The translations under genes were made by a program, and so were the position numbers. This document shows positions 14,342 through 17,716 of a stretch of 17,716 bases of DNA, in pieces (positions within the stretch are counted from its first letter, which is position 1; each line of letters opens with the position of its first letter). Below the pieces are notes generated by a model. The model worked only from the letters and a program-made list of their open reading frames with translations, was not told the origin of the DNA and did not search any database. The stretch spans positions 33,223-50,938 of the forward strand of contig CAYLZE010000026.1 in NCBI GenBank assembly GCA_964388035.1. Reading direction: 5' to 3'. This DNA comes from an uncultured archaeon. GTDB lineage: Archaea > Asgardarchaeota > Lokiarchaeia > Sigyniarchaeales > SOKP01.

Positions 14342-16711
14342 TTAATTAGGTTCTTTTTCGATGGGATATCCTTTTCTATGCCACATCATCATTCCCCCAA
14401 TTAGATTTCTTACGTCTTTGTAACCCGCATTAGCTAATAATTGAGCAGCCATCATGGAACGGGCACCTGATGCACAAATCATGATTATTTCCTTATCTTG
14501 ATAATTTTTTAGACGCTCTAAGTCATTCATCAATTCTCCTAAAGGTATTAATTTAGCTCCTTTAACATGGCCCCCTAAGCCATGGAATTCTTGGGGAGAT
14601 CGCACATCAACCAAAATTGATGGTGAATCCGCTGAATCAATGCGTTCATATAATTCCTCAACACTTATTTCACTAAGCGCCGGAGCATTCGGACCTCTCC
14701 TTTGTGCTCGGGGCTGCTTTCCCATTTTAATCGGGATCTCAATCTGCTTAACCCCCGTGTCCTCTTTCTCTAAAATAGCTGCCAACTTGCTTCCTTCTTT
14801 ACCCATGTGGATTAAATGCACTGCCTCATTCAATTTTACATATGCTTCCACGCTCGATTTAAATCCCGGATCTGTGGCACTAATTTTAAGCTTTTTTCCT
14901 TTAGGAAGGGTCTCAAGTCCTTTAATTAACGCATTTAAAGGTCCTGGACAGGATAATCCGCAAGCATCCACTTCCATGAATTCATCCGATTCCTTTATCT
15001 TTTGCTCTATCATTTCATCCATTATTTCTTCTCCGGGACCACATTCTGCCGCAATTTCCTCGTTTGTTGCTTTAGCCATTTTATATAATTTATATCCTCC
15101 GGTGAGATTAAGAGCATTATATCCCTTTTGTATTAATAATCTCGTAGCTAAGTATCCCCGAAATCCAACCTCGCAAAAAACATAAATGTCCTTAGTTTTA
15201 GGGATTTCATTGAGTTTGCTTCTCAATTCTAAATCATCAATATTTATCGCATCTTCAATCGTGCCCAATTCATACTCCTCTGGTGTCCTTACATCAAGGA
15301 AAATACTATTATTTTTTTTAATTTCCTCAACTTCATTCCATTGCCAAATAGGATGGTCCCCTCTTAAATAATTGGACGCAACGAAACCCGCCATGTTGAC
15401 GGGATCCTTTGCGGAACTAAAGGGAGGTGCATATGTGAGCTCTAATTCTTCAAGATCATAAACCGTTCCCCCGTACTTTATCACGGTAGAGATCACGTCT
15501 ATGCGCTTCTCCGTTCCTAAACCTCCCACGGCTTGTGCACCTAAAATTTTGCCACTCGGTACTTCAAAAAGTAATTTCAACGTGATGGGAATCGCACCGG
15601 GATAATATTCTGCATGATTATTTGGATGAATAAATATTTTCTCATATTGAAGCGGCATTGAGCTTAATTGTTTCTCATTTAAACCAACAAAGGATACTAC
15701 CATATCAAAGACTTTAAGAACGGACGCGCCCAAAATTCCTTCATATACTGAATCGCGTCCCGCAATATTATCGGCTGCGATGCGTCCTTGTTTATTAGCA
15801 GGGCCCGCCAAAGGAATTGCAGTAATATCCCCCGTTTGAAACTGTTTTACCTCCACGGCATCCCCTACCGCATAAATATTGGGATCCGAGGTTCGCATGT
15901 GATCATCTACTTTTATATGACCCTTAGGGCCAATCTCAAGTCCGGCTTCCACCGCTAATTTATTATCAGGACGCACTCCTATTGCTAAAATTATCATGTC
16001 TGTTTCAATCTTTTTTCCACTCTTTGGAATGACGAAACTACAATCGTCTTCACATTGAAAAGAATCAACGGCATCTCCTAATTGCAAACAAACACCATTC
16101 ATGATTAATTCCTGGTGGACGAATTGTGCCATTTCTCTATCAATAGGAGCTAACACTTGATCCAACATTTCAATTATCTTTACCCGTACTCCCAATTTTC
16201 TTAAATTTTCTGCCATCTCTAACCCAATATATCCTCCACCCACTAGGGTTGCATGCTTCACGTCATTGTTTTGAACATATTCTTTTATTTTTACGGAATC
16301 CGGAATAGTTCTAAGCGTGAATGTAGGAACCTCCTCCAATCCCTTAAAAGGGGGGATCACGGGATTGGCCCCTGGAGAAAGAATCAAATAATCATAATCC
16401 AATTCATAGATGGAATTTGTGTTATAATTCTTTATTTGTAGCTTTCTATTCTCTTTATCAATCTTTATCGCTTCATGAGATACTCTCACGTCAATATTGA
16501 ACCGATCAAAAAACGTCTCAGGAGTCATCAACTCTAATTGACTACGCTCTTTAATGACATTTCCCACATAATAGGGCAATCCACAGTTAGCAAAAGAAAC
16601 GTATTGCCCCTTCTCAAGAACAATTATCTCTATATCTTCCCTTAAACGCCTCAGACGGGCTGCCGATGTAGCGCCTCCCGCAACCCCGCCGACTATTATC
16701 ACTCTTTCCAT
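14342..16711 (-). CDS. cdr: CoA-disulfide/persulfide reductase fused to rhodanese, TusA/SirA and a second rhodanese domain
   Basis: GGVAGG, SFANCGLPY (CoADR catalytic Cys), GGGYIGLE, YAPPFS; rhodanese 1 DVRT..E / CEVGFRG; TusA DACGLSCPGP / ATDPGF; rhodanese 2 DVRS..E / CASGARS / GGMMMW. Confidence 0.93.
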   Translation of the reverse strand: MERVIIVGGVAGGATSAARLRRLREDIEIIVLEKGQYVSFANCGLPYYVGNVIKERSQLELMTPETFFDRFNIDVRVSHEAIKIDKENRKLQIKNYNTNSIYELDYDYLILSPGANPVIPPFKGLEEVPTFTLRTIPDSVKIKEYVQNNDVKHATLVGGGYIGLEMAENLRKLGVRVKIIEMLDQVLAPIDREMAQFVHQELIMNGVCLQLGDAVDSFQCEDDCSFVIPKSGKKIETDMIILAIGVRPDNKLAVEAGLEIGPKGHIKVDDHMRTSDPNIYAVGDAVEVKQFQTGDITAIPLAGPANKQGRIAADNIAGRDSVYEGILGASVLKVFDMVVSFVGLNEKQLSSMPLQYEKIFIHPNNHAEYYPGAIPITLKLLFEVPSGKILGAQAVGGLGTEKRIDVISTVIKYGGTVYDLEELELTYAPPFSSAKDPVNMAGFVASNYLRGDHPIWQWNEVEEIKKNNSIFLDVRTPEEYELGTIEDAINIDDLELRSKLNEIPKTKDIYVFCEVGFRGYLATRLLIQKGYNALNLTGGYKLYKMAKATNEEIAAECGPGEEIMDEMIEQKIKESDEFMEVDACGLSCPGPLNALIKGLETLPKGKKLKISATDPGFKSSVEAYVKLNEAVHLIHMGKEGSKLAAILEKEDTGVKQIEIPIKMGKQPRAQRRGPNAPALSEISVEELYERIDSADSPSILVDVRSPQEFHGLGGHVKGAKLIPLGELMNDLERLKNYQDKEIIMICASGARSMMAAQLLANAGYKDVRNLIGGMMMWHRKGYPIEKEPN

Positions 16712-16789
16712 TATAAACGGCCTTATTTTCTAATTATAGCTAAATCAATATTTGTAAATGGCAAAAATCTATAAATTTCTTCCTTATAA

Positions 16790-17225
16790 GTTATTGTAAA
16801 TTTAGTTGGAAATCCACCCCTATCTTAAATTAACCCTCTGAAATATTTATAAATTAAAAGGATTTTAAGTTCATTTTATAAGACAAAATAAAAATTCGAC
16901 TTATTGATCCTATCCCATTATTGAGAAATATGGTAATAACTTTGCTAAGCCCACTATATTTGTATTTTCCGTCGAATGGTATCATTCCTTCATAGATATT
17001 GATTTTTGGCTAGAATTTATTGATCAAGAGCATCCTATTAAAAGATATCTTATTGGAAATAAAGTAGACTCTGAAAATAGGGATGTTCAATTAGAAGAAG
17101 CATGGGGTTTTGCTCAAGCAAGAGACATGACTTATTATGATATATCTGCTTTGAATGCAAATGGATTTAATGCTTTTAAAGAAGCACTCCTAAATAATAT
17201 TAGGAAAATACTAAAAAATGATTAA
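16790..17225 (+). pseudogene. Degraded Rab/Ras-like small GTPase
   Basis: The open frame 16908-17225 encodes ...TIFVFSVEWYHSFIDIDFWLEFI...YLIGNKVDSENRDVQLEEAWGFAQARDMTYYDISALNANGFNAF with G4 NKxD and G5 SAL. Upstream remnants DFKFIL*DKIKIRLID and VNLVGNPP lie in other frames with stops; there is no intact P-loop or suitable start codon. Confidence 0.75.
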
Positions 17226-17716
17226 ATAACACTTATTTTATAACACCTATTTTAGCATCACATGCAAAGAGTTCCCAGAATATTCCCTAATTGAATGAAT
17301 AAATAATATTATTAATTCAATAATTTTCTCATTTTGTTCGCTATCTTTAATTACTCTCTCATTATAATTTAATAATTTGATTTAATAAGAAATTGAAGAT
17401 CAAGATAAAATGCGCTCTCAAAAATCTATAAAATAAAAAAGAAAAAATTCTAAATTTCTATGCAAGGGATCAAAAAATAATTCCTCATCTCCTCTTAGCA
17501 TTTTCAATTTAAATAAAATCTATTGCTCGAATCAAGGGAAAAAAAAGAGAATGAGAGACCCGTGAATTTTAAAATCAATTTAAATTGTTAAACGAATATG
17601 AATAAATTAGGAAATTATATTAGGGGATATTTAATTTTTCATGGAATCTCTCAATAGAATAAAAAAGAAACTCAAGTATTTAAATCTTAGGGTTCTTTTA
17701 GAAAAAATCCAAGGTG

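Noticed and set aside
1722-16441. ORF-track entries 1722..2078, 2492..2680, 4928..5170, 5482..5703, 5805..6083, 8015..8326, 8384..8662, 9301..9522, 9812..10189, 10099..10347, 10377..10640, 11731..12153, 14640..15185, 15186..15371 and 16253..16441
   Set aside because: Antisense or out-of-frame shadows of well-supported genes, with no recognisable motifs.
14342-16711. cdr gene looks somewhat more GC-rich than its neighbours, suggesting recent transfer
   Set aside because: Visual impression only; Gly/Ala/Pro-rich enzymes raise GC, and no mobility genes or boundary repeats are seen.
1-17716. Selenocysteine (UGA) recoding, expected to be possible in Lokiarchaeia redox genes
   Set aside because: All catalytic positions are Cys codons. 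The TGA stops of PDO1, PDO2, the CCG gene and NROR fall at natural C-termini. The TGA at 16905 has another stop shortly upstream and no start codon.
17641-17716. Open frame MESLNRIKKKLKYLNLRVLLEKIQG running off the right edge
   Set aside because: Too short to judge; the terminal AAGGTG may instead be the SD of a gene beyond the window.
1-17716. CRISPR arrays, tRNA/rRNA genes, IS elements
   Set aside because: No regularly spaced repeats, GC-rich structured RNA segments, transposase ORFs or terminal inverted repeats were seen.

Overview
An AT-rich window that most likely comes from an Asgard archaeon (Lokiarchaeia-like). This is an inference from a longin-domain gene, a decayed Rab/Ras-like GTPase and GGTG(A)/GGAGG Shine-Dalgarno sites. 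It is dominated by a dense thiol-redox and O2-defence cluster: thioredoxin reductase (partial) coupled to two protein-disulfide oxidoreductases; a HEAT-repeat / methanoredoxin-like glutaredoxin / ferredoxin:thioredoxin reductase unit followed by a 51-aa microprotein and a compact CCG-domain Fe-S protein; a second glutaredoxin; an iron-sulfur flavoprotein; an NAD(P)H:rubredoxin oxidoreductase-rubredoxin fusion; two small rubredoxin ORFs missed by the ORF track; a flavodiiron protein (FprA) tightly linked to an acyl-CoA dehydrogenase; and a CoA-disulfide reductase-rhodanese-TusA-rhodanese fusion. The best candidate new systems are a split acyl-CoA-to-O2 electron chain (ACAD + rubredoxin + FprA) and the HEAT-Grx-FTR-microprotein-CCG module. 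No rRNA, tRNA, CRISPR array or mobile element was recognised.
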